Assembly (NCBI RefSeq): GCF_004010195.1
Contig: NC_057719.1
Coordinates: forward strand, 45,209,971-45,236,180
DNA: 26,210 nt
Source of the DNA: Chiloscyllium plagiosum
Taxonomy: Eukaryota
Direction: 5' to 3'
Below, in pieces: positions 11,281 to 23,204 of this stretch. The notes under the pieces were generated by a model that made no database searches, had not been told where the DNA came from, and worked only from the letters and a program-made list of their open reading frames with translations. Numbering within the stretch: position 1 is the stretch's first letter; each line of letters starts with the position of its first letter. A program made the translations under genes and the position numbers.

Positions 11281-12344
11281 ATATATCTCACTGTGCTCTC
11301 TGGTCCACTACAAAATGGCGGTGGAATAGGAAACTCTAGCCAGAGCTCATCCACCTCTGTCCATTCTCCTTTTCTTCTCTTTTTCTCAATGTTTTTTCCT
11401 TCTTCTCTCCTGGCCTCTGACAACGACAACTTCCAGCCTGACTTAGCAGCCTCCCATAGTCACCTTCCTGCCTGGTGTGGCGACCTCTCAGTCTGGCACC
11501 CTCTGCTACGCCGGACTGTCTGAAGTGATCTCCCAGCCTCCTGGTGAAGCCCAGCACGGACTGGAACCAGGGCCTGGTGCGGTCTGAAGGCTAGGTGCCA
11601 GCATAGTCTGGGTTGGTAGAAACTTTTATTTCTGCAGTGCCGAACATTTTATTTCTCTATTTTCTGAGATCTTGTAACTAACGAAGCTGTACTTAAGTAC
11701 CTTTGGACCTAACATGATACTGTAAGTGGCATCATATAAACTGTTCACTATTTTCATTGAGTATATGTGACAATAAAGCTGATTCATCATTCACAAAGAA
11801 CAACCATGGCACAACTACATGTGGTTGACACTGTCTCCTGTCACATGTAATATATCACACTGTTTTAAATAAATCAACCCACAGCATTAATTGCTCCCTG
11901 ATGCCAATTCGCTATTAGACCATTGTCATTAACATGACATGGAGGAACATTAAAGGAAACCATCATGCAGATGAGGCCAGTCATGTTGAAAATACAATTT
12001 GCTGGTAAGCACACAAATCTCTGTAGAGGGGACAGTTTAAGTCACTTGAAAAGAAATCAGGGTGTGTGCCAGATTGATAGCAAGCAAGAGAAGATCAAAG
12101 GCATTTTATCAAATGTCCTTGTTTAAAAAGACAGACATCTTAATAGAATTTAAGATTTCTCACTAATGTCCAGAGGTATGGTTCTTGATGTGGTTGTGGC
12201 TGATGTTAAATAATGAGCCACTAAGATTTGCTTAGCTGTTGGAAATGGAGACGAGACAGCCATAACACATCAGGATCACATCAAGAGCTAAGATATCCCC
12301 AAAAGATCTAGACCACATTAGACCAACTGGAATCAGATTAAACT

Positions 12345-14115
12345 TATAACATAGATAAGTACTGCACAGGAGAGGGCCTTGGGCCACGGTGTTGTGCCGA
12401 GGTTTAATCCTAATGTAAAATCTAATAACTTAATCTATGCACCCTTCAACTCACTGCTATCCATGTGCATGTCCAGCAGACGCTTAAATGTCCCCAGTGA
12501 CTCTGCTTCCACTACCACCACTGGCAATGCATTCCATGCATTCACAACGCTCTGCATAAAGAATGTCTCCTCTATACCTTTCTCCTTAAAACTATGACTC
12601 CTCATAGCAGTCAATCCTGCCCTGGGGAAAAGTCTCTGGCTGCTGACTCTATCTATTCCTCTCATTATCTTGTGTACCTTGATCAGGTCTCCTCTCTTCC
12701 TCCTTCTCTCCAGAGAGAAAAGTCTGAGCTTATTCGACGTTTCTTCATAAGGCAAGCCCTCCAGTGCAGGCAGCATCCTGGTAAACCTTCTTTCCTATAG
12801 TAGGGCTACCAGAACTGGACACAATATTCTAAGTATGATCTCACCAGGGACTTCTAGAGCTGTAGCAAAATCTCACGGCTCTTAAACTCTATCCGCCTGT
12901 TAATGAAAACCAAAACACCAATTGCTTTCTTAACAACCCTATCCACTTGGGTGGCAACTTTGAGGGATCTATGTACTTGCACACCCAGATCCCCCAGGAA
13001 TACTGTCTTTAATCCTATATTCAGCATTTGAGTTCGACCTTCCAAAATGCATCACTTCGCATTTATCCAGGTTGAACTCCATCTGCCATTTCTCAGCCCA
13101 ACTCTGCATCCTGTCTATGTTGCACTGCAGCCTGCAATAGTCCTCGATTTTATCAACGGCACCTCCAACCTTTGTGTCATCTGCAAATTTACTAATCCAT
13201 CCCACAACGTCCTCATCCAAGTCATTTATAAAAACTACAAAGAGCAGAGGCCCAAGAACAAAGCCCTGTGGGACCCCACTCATCACTGACCTCAGGCAGA
13301 ATACGTTCCATCTACAACCACTCTCTGCCTTCTGTCAGCCAACCAATTCTGAATCCAGATAGCCAAATCTCCCTCTATCCCATATTTCCTGACTTTATGA
13401 ATGAGCCTAATCATGGAGAACCTTATCAAATGCCTTGCTGAAGTCCAGATACACCACATCCACTGCTTGACCTTCGTTGACCTGTCTTGTCACCTCCTTA
13501 AAGAACTCAATAAGGTTTGAGAGGCATGACCTGCCCCTCACAAAGCCATGCTAACTGCCTTTTATCACACTATGCTTTGCCAAATAGTCATAAATTTAGA
13601 ATTCTTTCCAAAACTTTGCTGACCACAGACGTAAGACTAACTGGTGTGTAATTGCCTGGGATTTCCCTATTACCCTTCTTGAAAAGAGGAACAACATTCG
13701 CCTCCTTCCAATCCTCCGTTACGACTCCCGTAGAGAGTGAGGAGGCAACGATTCTCGCCAGCGGCTTAGCAACCTTCTTTCTCGCTTCCTGGAGCAGCCT
13801 AGGATAAATCTGATCTGGTCCAGGAACAACATTCGCCTCCTTCCAATCCTCCGTTACGACTCCTGTAGAGAGTGAGGAGGCAACGATTCTCGCCAGCGGC
13901 TTAGCAACCTCCTTTCTCGCTTCCTGGAGCAGCCTAGGATAAATCTGATCTGGTCCTGGGGACTTATCAATCTTAATTTTTTCCAAAATTTCCAGCACAT
14001 CAACTTCATCAGTCTTGATCTGGTCAAGACTGTATCCCAGCTCCTCAAAGTTTTCATTCACAACAAGATCCCTTAGTGAAAATCGAAGCAAAAAACTCAT
14101 TTAAGGTTTCCCCTA
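12345..14115 (-). mobile_element. 5'-truncated CR1/HER1-type LINE (ORF2 reverse transcriptase), degenerate
   Basis: KSPGPDQIYPRLL, GNYTPVSLTSVVSKVLERI, SGVPQGFVLGPLLF, KFADDTK, QMEFNLDKC, LFSLERRR.RGDLI and VVNAWNALP motifs, with frameshifts. Confidence 0.93.
13687..13956. repeat. 135-bp in-frame tandem duplication inside the LINE
   Basis: 13687-13821 versus 13822-13956, 2 mismatches seen. Confidence 0.93.
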
Positions 14116-14667
14116 TCTACACTTGTGTGGTCCTTAACTGGATATCATATCGTTCAGAGAGAAGCTATCAAAATCCATGGTCTATTTTATGAACAAGGGC
14201 AGAAAAATGGGCTTATTGTGATTTTTCAGATAGAAAGCTAGCAAAAAAAATTGCTGAGTCAGCAATCACATCCACTCCAGTGGAAGCTTTCCATAAAGAC
14301 TTTTAAGACAAAGCAAAAGCTTTTGGCATTAAGGAATTATCAAAGGATGGATGTAGGTATGAAGGGATCCTCAAAGGTTGACAATGTTTATTGGTCTTTA
14401 GCACAACTCAACTGTTGACAAAATCAATCATTGAAACACCCAAATATACCAGGAGAAGTGGAAGATATGCCTTCTGAATGCACCAAGATAAGGCCCAGGT
14501 TTTAATCAATTTTGCAAGGCATCAACAGAAAAGGCCATTGTCAAAGCCTGTGCAAAGTACCAACCTAAACAGACCACACACAAGGACTATGTTCAAACTA
14601 CCTTTGAACTCTGCAGTCATTCTGATTGGAAATTTACTAGAACAGGTTATGAAAAACAAGTGTGCCT

Positions 14668-15465
14668 CAGGAAAGGATGCCCTGAGGCACAGCCTACCAG
14701 CAAGACCATGCAGACGCTAAGACAACGAAGAATGGTAACCGCATAACCATCGCCAGGCAGGGGTGTTCCCTCCCAGTTGGGGAACATTTCAGCCATTAAG
14801 GGCATTTGGCCTCAGATTTTCAGGTAACGTTCTCCAATGCGGCCTTCAAGATACACAACAACACAGGATCACCGAACAGAAACTAATAGCTAACTTCCAT
14901 ACCCATGTGGATGGTCTCAACAGTGATTTTGGGTTCATGTCACACTACATATAACCTCACCATACTGTTCTGTATTTGTAAAATCTTCCTTACTGTTCTG
15001 TTTTGACATGATCACCTTGATAACTTGTTATCTCTCTACCTTAATTAGTTCGTACAGTTGTGGATTACTTGTTACTTTGGTTAGACCCTCATCATGCGAC
15101 TCTTATACCATGTTATATTATTTCAGCCACTTGGATCCTACTTTTGATTTTTTTGTAATTTACTTGGATGTTAGGTCACCCCTTCACATGCTATTCAGCT
15201 GTTGACACTTTACTCACATCGTTTGACACTTTTAATCATCTGCAAAGACTTGTTATTCAGCCTATTGACACTCCACTCTCACTATTTGTATTTATCTTTT
15301 GACACTCTTAATTACCTGGAATTATCATGCCATTATCCCTCTACATATAGATTCTGTGCCTGTGCGCTGCCCTCCACTTCATCTGATGAAGGAGCAGCAC
15401 TCTGAAAGCTTATGATTTCAAATAAACTTGCTGGACTATAACCTGGTGTTGTGTGACTTCCAACT
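14668..15465 (+). mobile_element. Penelope-like element 3' fragment (GIY-YIG C-terminus plus terminal region)
   Basis: Frameshifted RKGCPEA..KTMQTLRQR..IARQGCSLPVGEHFS..EQKLIANFHTHVDGLNSDFGFMSHYI*. Ends with a hammerhead motif and AATAAA. Confidence 0.75.
15379..15415 (+). ncRNA. Minimal hammerhead ribozyme motif
   Basis: TCAT-CTGATGA-A-GGAG-CAGCA-CTCT-GAAA-GCTT-ATGA: 4-bp stem I and an AAGCTT palindrome. Confidence 0.7.
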
Positions 15466-16457
15466 ATGTTCAATGTTGTGACTGTGCTGCCAGTTAGTAA
15501 GCAATGTAGCACACAAATGAATAGGTTTGCTATAATGGCTGCATTATAACATATGTAGTATATTGTGTTTTACTGCTTTAAATAAACAAATCCACAAAGT
15601 TAATCAATCTCTGAGGAGCAACTGATTATTGGACAATCATCATTGAAATGATACAGCAGAGACCTGAAATTCTTTACAGTATCACTGAGGGCTGTGGGTT
15701 GTGATGGGAGGTCAAGCCCTGTGCAGATTGCACTCTGCTTGTATTCGATCTCACGTCTCCACACAAGCAAGTTTTGGGATATGGAGTTAATCCAGTGAGA
15801 ATAAAAGCCAGACTTCAAAATATTGCTGATAAACCAAAAGGGCAATATTCAAATATTTCGAATTATATTCGGTACCTTTCCATTCCAATACTTACTTCAG
15901 AGGATGCACTGTTTGCCACACGATAATGTTTGTGTCAGCATAAAAGAGCTACAATCACCAAACTAACTAAATTCTCTTTACATGTGCCTCTTATTCTGTG
16001 ATTATTTTTTTTTGACATAGTCTGATAAAAGATCCAAATGGTGTTCTGTCAGTAAATTTAAGATAAGAATAAAAGGACATTGGGTGGTCCAAAGTTATAC
16101 AACAGAAAAGTAATATTTATTGGTTTGGTGTGAAAATATTTATATATTAAAAATATAAAACTGCATAATTTTATATATAAATAACTAACACTCTAGAGTT
16201 GTATTTATATCTGGCAACATTTGTACCCTTCAGAGAAAATGCACTGTTTTAACCAACTCTTTAGATCTGTTTCTGAATGGCTTTATAAAGATCAAACCAA
16301 TGCTTAAATGCCATCAAATAACTTGGTGGGTCTGCGGAAGCATTAATGCATTTCAACACATTCCCGATAAAATCTCCCACATTTTTCCCTCAACAATGAA
16401 TACCCTTCCCCAGCAATGCCAAGCCCTCCCTCAACTTTAATGGCTATCCCATCCCCT

Positions 16458-16800
16458 CTAGAATCCCTACAGTGAGGAAACAGGTGCTTTGGCCCAACAA
16501 GTCCACACCAACCCTCCAAAGGGTAACCCACCCAGACCCATGCCTCTACCCTATTATCTGACATTTACCCTGACTAATGCACCTAATCTACACATCCCTG
16601 AACACCATGGGCAATTTAGCATGGCCAATTCACCTAACCTGCACATCTTTGGATTGAGGGAGGAAACCAGAGCACGTGGAGGAGACCCACGCAGGCACGG
16701 GGAGAATTTGCAAACTCCATACAGACAGTCGTCCAAGGCTGGAATTGAACCCAGGTCCCTGGCGCTGTGAGGCAGCAGTGCTAAACCACGGAGCCATCCC
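16458..16800 (-). mobile_element. HE1-type SINE (V-SINE superfamily, elasmobranch), near full length
   Basis: A-box gtggtttagcactg, B-box gggttcaattcc, V-domain tggagtttgca.attctccccgtg.ctgcgtgggt...caaagatgtgcaggttagg, and a HER1-like 3' tail. Confidence 0.9.
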
Positions 16801-17094
16801 AAAAAATAGCATTGCCCATGATGAACAGAATATTAATACATCCAACAATAAAAATCGTTCAGATGTCTGACTGCTCCCATTGGGCTGCTGGCAATGTACA
16901 CTCTCCACTTGCCTCCCATCAAATGTAGCTGAGCAGTTGAAATTTGGCCTCTGATGTTCAATCTACTTCCATGCTCAAAGTTATTCAGAATGACAATAAC
17001 AGACACTTCACTGCCATTGAGATAATGAATTCTTAATTCATTTAGCTTTCCTGAAATTTCCCAGCAACACTGTTCAGTTGTATTACAGTTGGGT

Positions 17095-17535
17095 GTGAGC
17101 TATAATTCAATGCCTCTGAGTTTAAAAAAAGATTGTTGGTTCATGCCCCACTCCAAAAACTTAGGAACAAATTCAAGATAAACACTTCAATATAGTGGTA
17201 AAAGAGCACTTGACAGTCAATGTATTGTCTTTCAGATCACACTGATTCCATCTTACCTCTTGGTCCAGCATCTGCAGTCCTCACTTTCGCTGAGTTGATT
17301 TTAACCTTGTAAAAGAGCCTATAGAATGATTTTGAAGAATAGCAAGGAAATTCTAAGCTGTATTTATCAGCAGTAATCATTTAAAAGTAGCGTTTTGAGA
17401 CACTATCACATTGTTGTTTGTGTAATGTTGCTATGCATTTCCCATATTATAAGTGATTACACTTCTAATACTTCATTGTACTGTAAAGCACTTTAATGCC
17501 CTCAGCTCATGAAAACGCCAAGATCCTTTATTCTT
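17095..17535 (+). mobile_element. Degenerate DeuSINE (SacSINE1-like), interrupted at about 17262-17310 by a Penelope-tail fragment
   Basis: ggttcatgccccactcca, ctatcacattgttgtttgtg and tacacttctaatacttcattgtactgtaaagcacttt. The insert ccagcatctgcagtcctcactttc matches 18944-18968 and the inverse of 22680-22708. Confidence 0.55.
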
Positions 17536-17576
17536 GCTACAATGTGATCATTTTTCTGAACTCAAAACTAACTGAC

Positions 17577-17819
17577 CTGACTGCCCACACTGTGGTTGAC
17601 TAGTTCCAGGGGGTGTCCTTGTCCCAGGAATTTCCTGTCCTCTTTCATCCACACACCAGCAGTGGCCTGTACTGCCGTGGCACTGCAGAGGCGTGAAGTT
17701 CCCCTGCTCATCACACTCAGGGATATGGATTCCACGGAAGTGTGATCCATGCTGATTCACCTCTGCATGTAGCCTCTCCCGATGCTGTTCACAAGCAGTC
17801 TTTGGCCTTTCAATCGATT
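17577..17819 (-). CDS. NID2: Nidogen-2 exon, thyroglobulin type-1 repeat copy C (243 nt, phase 1-1)
   Basis: Boundaries gcttag|AA...TCA G|gtcagt. Encodes [81 protein letters not shown]. Confidence 0.92.
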
Positions 17820-17965
17820 CTAAGCAAACAAAAATAAATTTTCATGAGACAAGAGTGCAAATGTAACAATGATTTCTTGTACAATGTCTATTGTCACCAG
17901 TCTCATTGTAGAAAAAGGGATTGAAGTGAAGCCAATACTACTTCTGAACTCAAAAACTAACTGAT

Positions 17966-18160
17966 CTGGCTGTCCACACTGTGGTTGACCAGTTCCAGGA
18001 ATTTCCTATCCCCTTTCACCCACACATCAGCAGTGGCCTCTACTGCTGTAGCATTGCAGAGGCCTGAAACCTTCCTTCCCCCCCACCTCTCCTCTTCACA
18101 CTGAGGGAGGTAGGCCTCAACAAGAGCAGGAGATCCACACACACTCAGCACTGCTTGCAG
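17966..18160 (-). pseudogene. Degenerate TY-repeat pseudoexon of NID2
   Basis: Reads LQAVLSVCGSPALVEAYLPQCEEE, then a +14 nt frameshifting insert, then FRPLQCYSSRGHC*CVGERG*EIPG, an 18-nt deletion, and TGQPQCGQP. The donor is mutated to AT (ccag|atcagttag). Confidence 0.88.
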
Positions 18161-18835
18161 CCAGTGAAAAGAATGGAAAGAAATAGCAAGGTGTTCCTCC
18201 ACTCACAGACTGGTTTTCTCTCATGCTTGTTGTTTACAGGTTCACAAGTAAACCTATCAGCAACAGACATGGCACAGGAACTAGCCTGTGATTGGAGGAG
18301 CAGTAAACAGCGAGGAAAGTAAATGCCAGCAATGAATGAGTTGCCAGGAAGCAGAGGATGCCAAGTTTGAGGATCTGTAGGGAGTTGGAATGCTGACGTC
18401 TGGGAGCTTGGGTGCTTGGACACATGCCGAAGGTGCTGAGGGGGAAGATGGGGTTGGTGCCTGCAAGAGGTCTAAAGGATAGGGATAGGGCTGGGTTGAG
18501 CTGGGGAGGCCACAAGGATGTGGCAAAGGTTTGAGAGAGAGGGAGAGAGAGGCTGCAAAGGGGGTGGGAAAGAGAAAGAGAAGCTGCAATGTGGGCAGGA
18601 GAGAGAGAGAGGGAGACAGCAGCCTGTTGAAATCCATCTCCCTCAGTTTGTGAAGAATTCCTGAACTCACTACCAGCAATCAACTCAGCTCTGGCAATTT
18701 GTTCTTCTGCTGTCCTCCCTTCTGTCTGGTTGCTCACTGAAAACATGTAACTTTCTCCTCTCTGCTGACCATATCAGCTTTAGCCTTTTGTTCCCATGGA
18801 ACCTCTCCCTCTCTCTCTTCCTGGCTAAAAAAACC

Positions 18836-18970
18836 TGGAGTCGAGAGTGTGGCGCTGGAAAAACACAGCATCCGAGGAGCAGGAGAATCGACGTTTCAGG
18901 CATAAGCCCTTTATTAGGAATCACCACACTCTCGATTCTGATCTCCAGCATCTGCAGCCCTCACTTTCTT
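18836..18970. mobile_element. Fold-back Penelope terminal mini-element with an inactivated hammerhead core (minus strand, 18890-18917)
   Basis: Same family as 7331-7483. Core reads CTAATAA-A-GGGC-TTAT-GCCT-GAAA-CGTC; tcgagagtgtgg and ccacactctcga are inverted. Confidence 0.75.
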
Positions 18971-19225
18971 CCAAAAAAAACTTAGAAACTGAAAAGCTGT
19001 CCCAGTCAAATAGTTGCACTTGCCTTTGTTTGAGTGTATGGGTCAATGAATGCTGACGCGAGACCTCCTGCCTCATGGTAAGCAAGTCACATTGGCTTGA
19101 TGTCAGGTAGATGTTAGAGCATCTATGACTGTCTACGTTGGACCATTTTACTTTGAATTAAAAAATTCGTCCAAAGCATAATTATCTTACAAAAACTCAG
19201 ATTCCTAACAAATTAGAACACTGAC

Positions 19226-19471
19226 CTGGCTGTCCACACTGCCTTTGACCAGTTCCAGGTGGTGTCCTCGTCCCAGGAATTTCCTGTCCCCTTTCGTCCA
19301 CACACCAGCAGTATCCTGTACTGCCATGACATTGCAGAGGCCTGAATTTCCCCTCCTCATCACACTCAGGGATATAGGCTCCAATTAGAGGTTGTGATCC
19401 ACGCAGACTCAGCTCTGCTTGCAGTCTCTCTCGGTGCTGTTCACAAATAGTCTTTGGACGTTCAATGCGTT
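19226..19471 (-). CDS. NID2: Nidogen-2 exon, thyroglobulin type-1 repeat copy B (246 nt, phase 1-1)
   Basis: Boundaries cactag|AA...CCA G|gtcagt. Encodes [82 protein letters not shown]. Confidence 0.92.
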
Positions 19472-19789
19472 CTAGTGAGATAGAAAGAAATTTTTGTTTT
19501 GTAAAAGTGCAAATCCCTCCATTTCCATTGTGTAACGTCAATTTCCTTACATTGCCTACTGCCCATGCCTGATCTTCAGTAATGAAATCCACTGTCAGTT
19601 CACAACATTACTGCTATGGGATTCCGTATCAGAGTCGCATGGTTAATTAAGGAGGGTCTGCATCACAACTAAAACTTTCCTCTCCAAGTCCTTTGCCAGA
19701 ATTGAAAGGGGATTTCTTTTAAAAATTAAATTTCTTTTGTAAATGTTTCACAATAGATTGATTTCATTTTATTCATCTGTACAGACTGA

Positions 19790-20345
19790 AACAGTCCATG
19801 TCTAATTGCAACACGACCTGGATAATATCCAGGTTTGGGTTGACAAGCGACAAGTAACATACAGCCCTCACGTGCCAGGCAATGACCATCTCCAACAGGA
19901 CAGAATCTGACCTTTGCCCCTAAACATTCATTGGCATACTACTGTTGAATCCTCCACTATCAACATTCTGGAAGTTACCATTAATAGAATCTGAATGACA
20001 GTAGCTATAAAAACACTGTAGCTAGGAATCCTGTACTGAGTAACTCATATCCTGACTCCAGAAAGCCATCCACCATCTACAAGGCACAAGTCAGGAATGT
20101 GACAGAATACTCCCCACTTGACAGGAAGAGTACAGCTCTAACAACACTCGAAAAGCTTGACATCTTCAGGTCAAAGCAGCCCAGTTGATTGGCACAACAT
20201 CTACAAACATTCGCTCCCTACACCACTGCTGCTCAGTAGTACACACTACTGCTATCTACAAGATACACTAGAAATTCATTAACACTCCTGAGGACACCTT
20301 CAAAACTCATGACCATCTAGAATGATAAGGCGGCATGGGAAGACC
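19790..20345 (+). mobile_element. LINE ORF2 3' fragment (probably the family at 10720)
   Basis: Degenerate QHDLDNIQVWVDK.QVT and TIYKAQVRNVTEYSPL. Confidence 0.7.
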
Positions 20346-20369
20346 AGTTGAAGGTAATTTGCAGGTGGA

Positions 20370-21620
20370 TTTCCTGCATTTCCCTTGCATTTGCTGCCAT
20401 TGTCCTTCAAAGGTTTAGAAGGTGCAGTCTAAGGAGACATGGTGAGTTATTACAGTATCTTGTAGAGGTTGTACCTCGTGTGTGTGTCATGGTGAAAGAA
20501 GTGAATATTGAAGATGGTGGATGAGGTGCCAATCAAGTAGCTGCTTTATCCTGGATGGAGTCAAGCTTCTTGAGTGTTCTTGGAGCTATACTCATGCAAG
20601 CAAGTAGCAAGTATTCCAACAGATTACTGACTTGCAGATGGTGGATAGATGGAGAGATAGAAGGGGAGTAACTCAGTGCAAATTTCATAGCCTCTGACCT
20701 GCTTTGTAGCTACCGTATCTCTATGGTTGGTCCAGTTTGGTTTTTGGTCCATAATGGTTGGGGAGGGCTGGTTTCAGTGATGGTTATACTATTAAATATT
20801 AAAGAACAATGGTTAGATTCTGTCTTGCTGGAGATGATCGTTGCCTGGAGTTGCGTGGTGTGAATGTTGATCAGGTCTTGATAGAGATGGATGCACAGTG
20901 CTTCAGTATCTGTGGAGTTGCAAATGGTGTTGGACATTGTTTACCGGTCATTGCACATTCTCAGTTCTGACGTTCTGATGGAGAGAAGGTCATTGATGAA
21001 AGCAGCTAAAGATAGTTGGGTTAAGGACACTATTCTGAGGAAATCCTGCAGAGATGTCCTGGACTTGCAATGTTTGAAGTCCAACAACATCAGGTATAAC
21101 TCCAGTCAGTAGAGAGATTTCTCCTGATCCCCACTGACCCCCATTTTGTGAGGGCTCTCTGATGCCACATTTAGTCAAATGCAACCTTGTTGTCAAGGGC
21201 AGTCACTCTCATTTCATCTTTGGAGTTCAGCTCTTTTTGTTCATTTTTCAACTAAGCCTGTAAAACTGAGTATCAGTGAGCTTGTTATTCCTGTGCAAGA
21301 GCTGCTTTGTCAATGACTATTTTCATCGTTTTACTTAGGATTTAGAGTAGACAAAGCAGTAATTGGCTGGTTTGCACTGGCCCTGCTTATTGTAGCCAGG
21401 ATATATCTGGGCAATTTTCTGTATTGTTGGGTGTATGCCAGTGTTGTGGCTGTACTGAAATAGCTTGACTAGGGACAAGTTATGGAGTACAAGACTTCAG
21501 TACTATTGCTGGAATATTGTCAGAGTCCTTGGCCTATGTAGTCTCCTGTACCTTCAGCTATTCCTCGATAATGTGTGGAGCAAATCAAAGTGATTGAAGA
21601 GTGTAACCTGTGATGTGGGA
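20370..21620 (-). mobile_element. LINE ORF2 fragment, inverted relative to 19790-20345
   Basis: DISAGFPQNSVLNPTIFSCF (the GVPQGS motif). 20500-20660 is a diverged inverse of 20040-20210. Confidence 0.7.
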
Positions 21621-21719
21621 ACATCAGGATGAAATGTTGGTCCTGTTGTTTGAAACTATAGGTCAGTCGGCTTATCTTCTGTCCCAGAGAGCTTATGAGA
21701 ATCCATGATAAAAAGTACT

Positions 21720-22095
21720 TCGATTGCACATCATGAAAGAATCAACCAGTGTCAACATGTTTTTTTTGAAAGGGTAATTGTTAGCTAGCAAATTGGAGTT
21801 TTGTGAGAAAATAACAAGTAAGCTAGATAAATGGGGACCTACAGATGTGGTTTACTTGGATTTCAAAAACTGCATTTGATAAGGTGCCAATGAAGTTTTT
21901 TGACAAAATAAGGGAACATGATATGAGAAGTAAAATATTAGCTCGGTTAAAGCAATGGCTAGTGAAAAGGAAGCAAAGACTGGATAAGTGGGTCATTTTC
22001 AGCATGTTAAGGTCTGCCACAGGAATCAGTGTTGGGTCTCAGTCATTTACAGTCTGTTTCAATGACACAGACACAGGGACTGAATGTATGCAAGC
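21720..22095 (+). mobile_element. CR1 RT fragment
   Basis: Degenerate DVVYLDF.KAFDKVP...LARLKQWL..RKQR. Confidence 0.7.
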
Positions 22096-22329
22096 TACTT
22101 TTTAAATTAATTCATGGGATGTGGGCGTCGCTGTCTGGCCAGTATTTATTGCCCATCCCAAGTTGTACTTCAGGAAGTGGTAGTTAGCTGCCTTTTTGAA
22201 TCGCTGCAGTCCCCCATGACTTTAAGGATAGAATTCATGGATTTGACCTGCCTTTCATGAACCAATACTGCAACTGCCCGATGCAACAATTTCTATCCAG
22301 GTATCTCGATATTTCTTCCTTGATGATAG

Positions 22330-23195
22330 AATCATGCATTTTCCCCACTGCAGAATTTAAGCTAATGGGCATATAGTTACCCGCCTTTTGTCTACCTCCT
22401 TTTTTCTTAAAACAGTGGCATCATATTTGCTGTTTTCCAATCTGCTGGAACCATCTCAGAGTTCACTGAAGTTTGGTAAATTACCGAGTGCATTTGCTAT
22501 TTCTCGTGCCATCTCTTTTAGTATCCCAGGAATCATTCCATCAGGGCCAGGAGACTTGACTACCTTCGGCCCCATTAGCTTCCCAACACTACCTCTTTAA
22601 TGATAATGATTGTTTCTAGGTCCTCACCTGCCATAGCCTCCTTTTCATCAATTATTGGCACATTATTAGTGTCAAAGGAGAAAGTGAGGACTGCAGATGC
22701 TGGAGATCAGAGCTGAAAATGTGTTGCTGGAAAAGCGCAGCAGGTCAGGCAGCATCCAAGGACCAGGAGAATCGACGTTTCGGGCATGAGCCCTTCTTCA
22801 GGGCTCATGCCTGAAACCTCAATTCACATTATTAGTGTCTTCCACTGTGGACACAGACACAAGATACGTGCTAAATCTCTCGGCCATTTCCTCATTTCCT
22901 ATTATTAAATCCCCTAAGGGGCCAATGTTTACCTTTGCCACACTTTTGCCTTTTATATATTTGTAGAAACTTTTGCTATCTGTTTTTAGGTTCTCAGCTA
23001 GTTTACTCTCAATTTTTCTGACCTTTCTTTATAATTTTTTTATGGCTTTCTGTCAACCTTTAAAGATTTCTTAATTTTCAAGTTTCCCACTAATTTTTGT
23101 CACTGTGTATGCATTAGCCTCCTTTATTTTCTGAATTGTCAATGGCTAATTGTCCTTTTCCTACAGTTCTGCCTTTTCACTGGTATATACTTTTG
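22330..23195 (-). mobile_element. CR1 ORF2 fragment (endonuclease-RT linker)
   Basis: The reverse complement reads KSPGPDGMIPGILKE and ANMMPLF.EK; interrupted by the insertion at 22674-22824. Confidence 0.7.
22674..22824 (-). mobile_element. 151-bp hammerhead-bearing fold-back mini-element with a 15-bp target-site duplication
   Basis: cacattattagtgtc at 22659-22673 and 22825-22839. Minus 22774-22801 reads CTGAAGA-A-GGGC-TCAT-GCCC-GAAA-CGTC. Confidence 0.85.
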
Positions 23196-23204
23196 CTGTA
23201 GACA

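Noticed and set aside
11290..11790. Probable interspersed repeat ending in tgacaataaa
   Set aside because: I could not assign a family or boundaries from the sequence alone.
18180..18245. EPV..HERKPVCEWRNTLL as the missing 5' part of the pseudoexon
   Set aside because: Only a vague similarity to ERPKTICE/CERWR, with no convincing nucleotide match or acceptor.
18234..18746. Overlapping 132-170 aa ORFs
   Set aside because: These arise from a low-complexity GA-rich intronic stretch and contain no domain.
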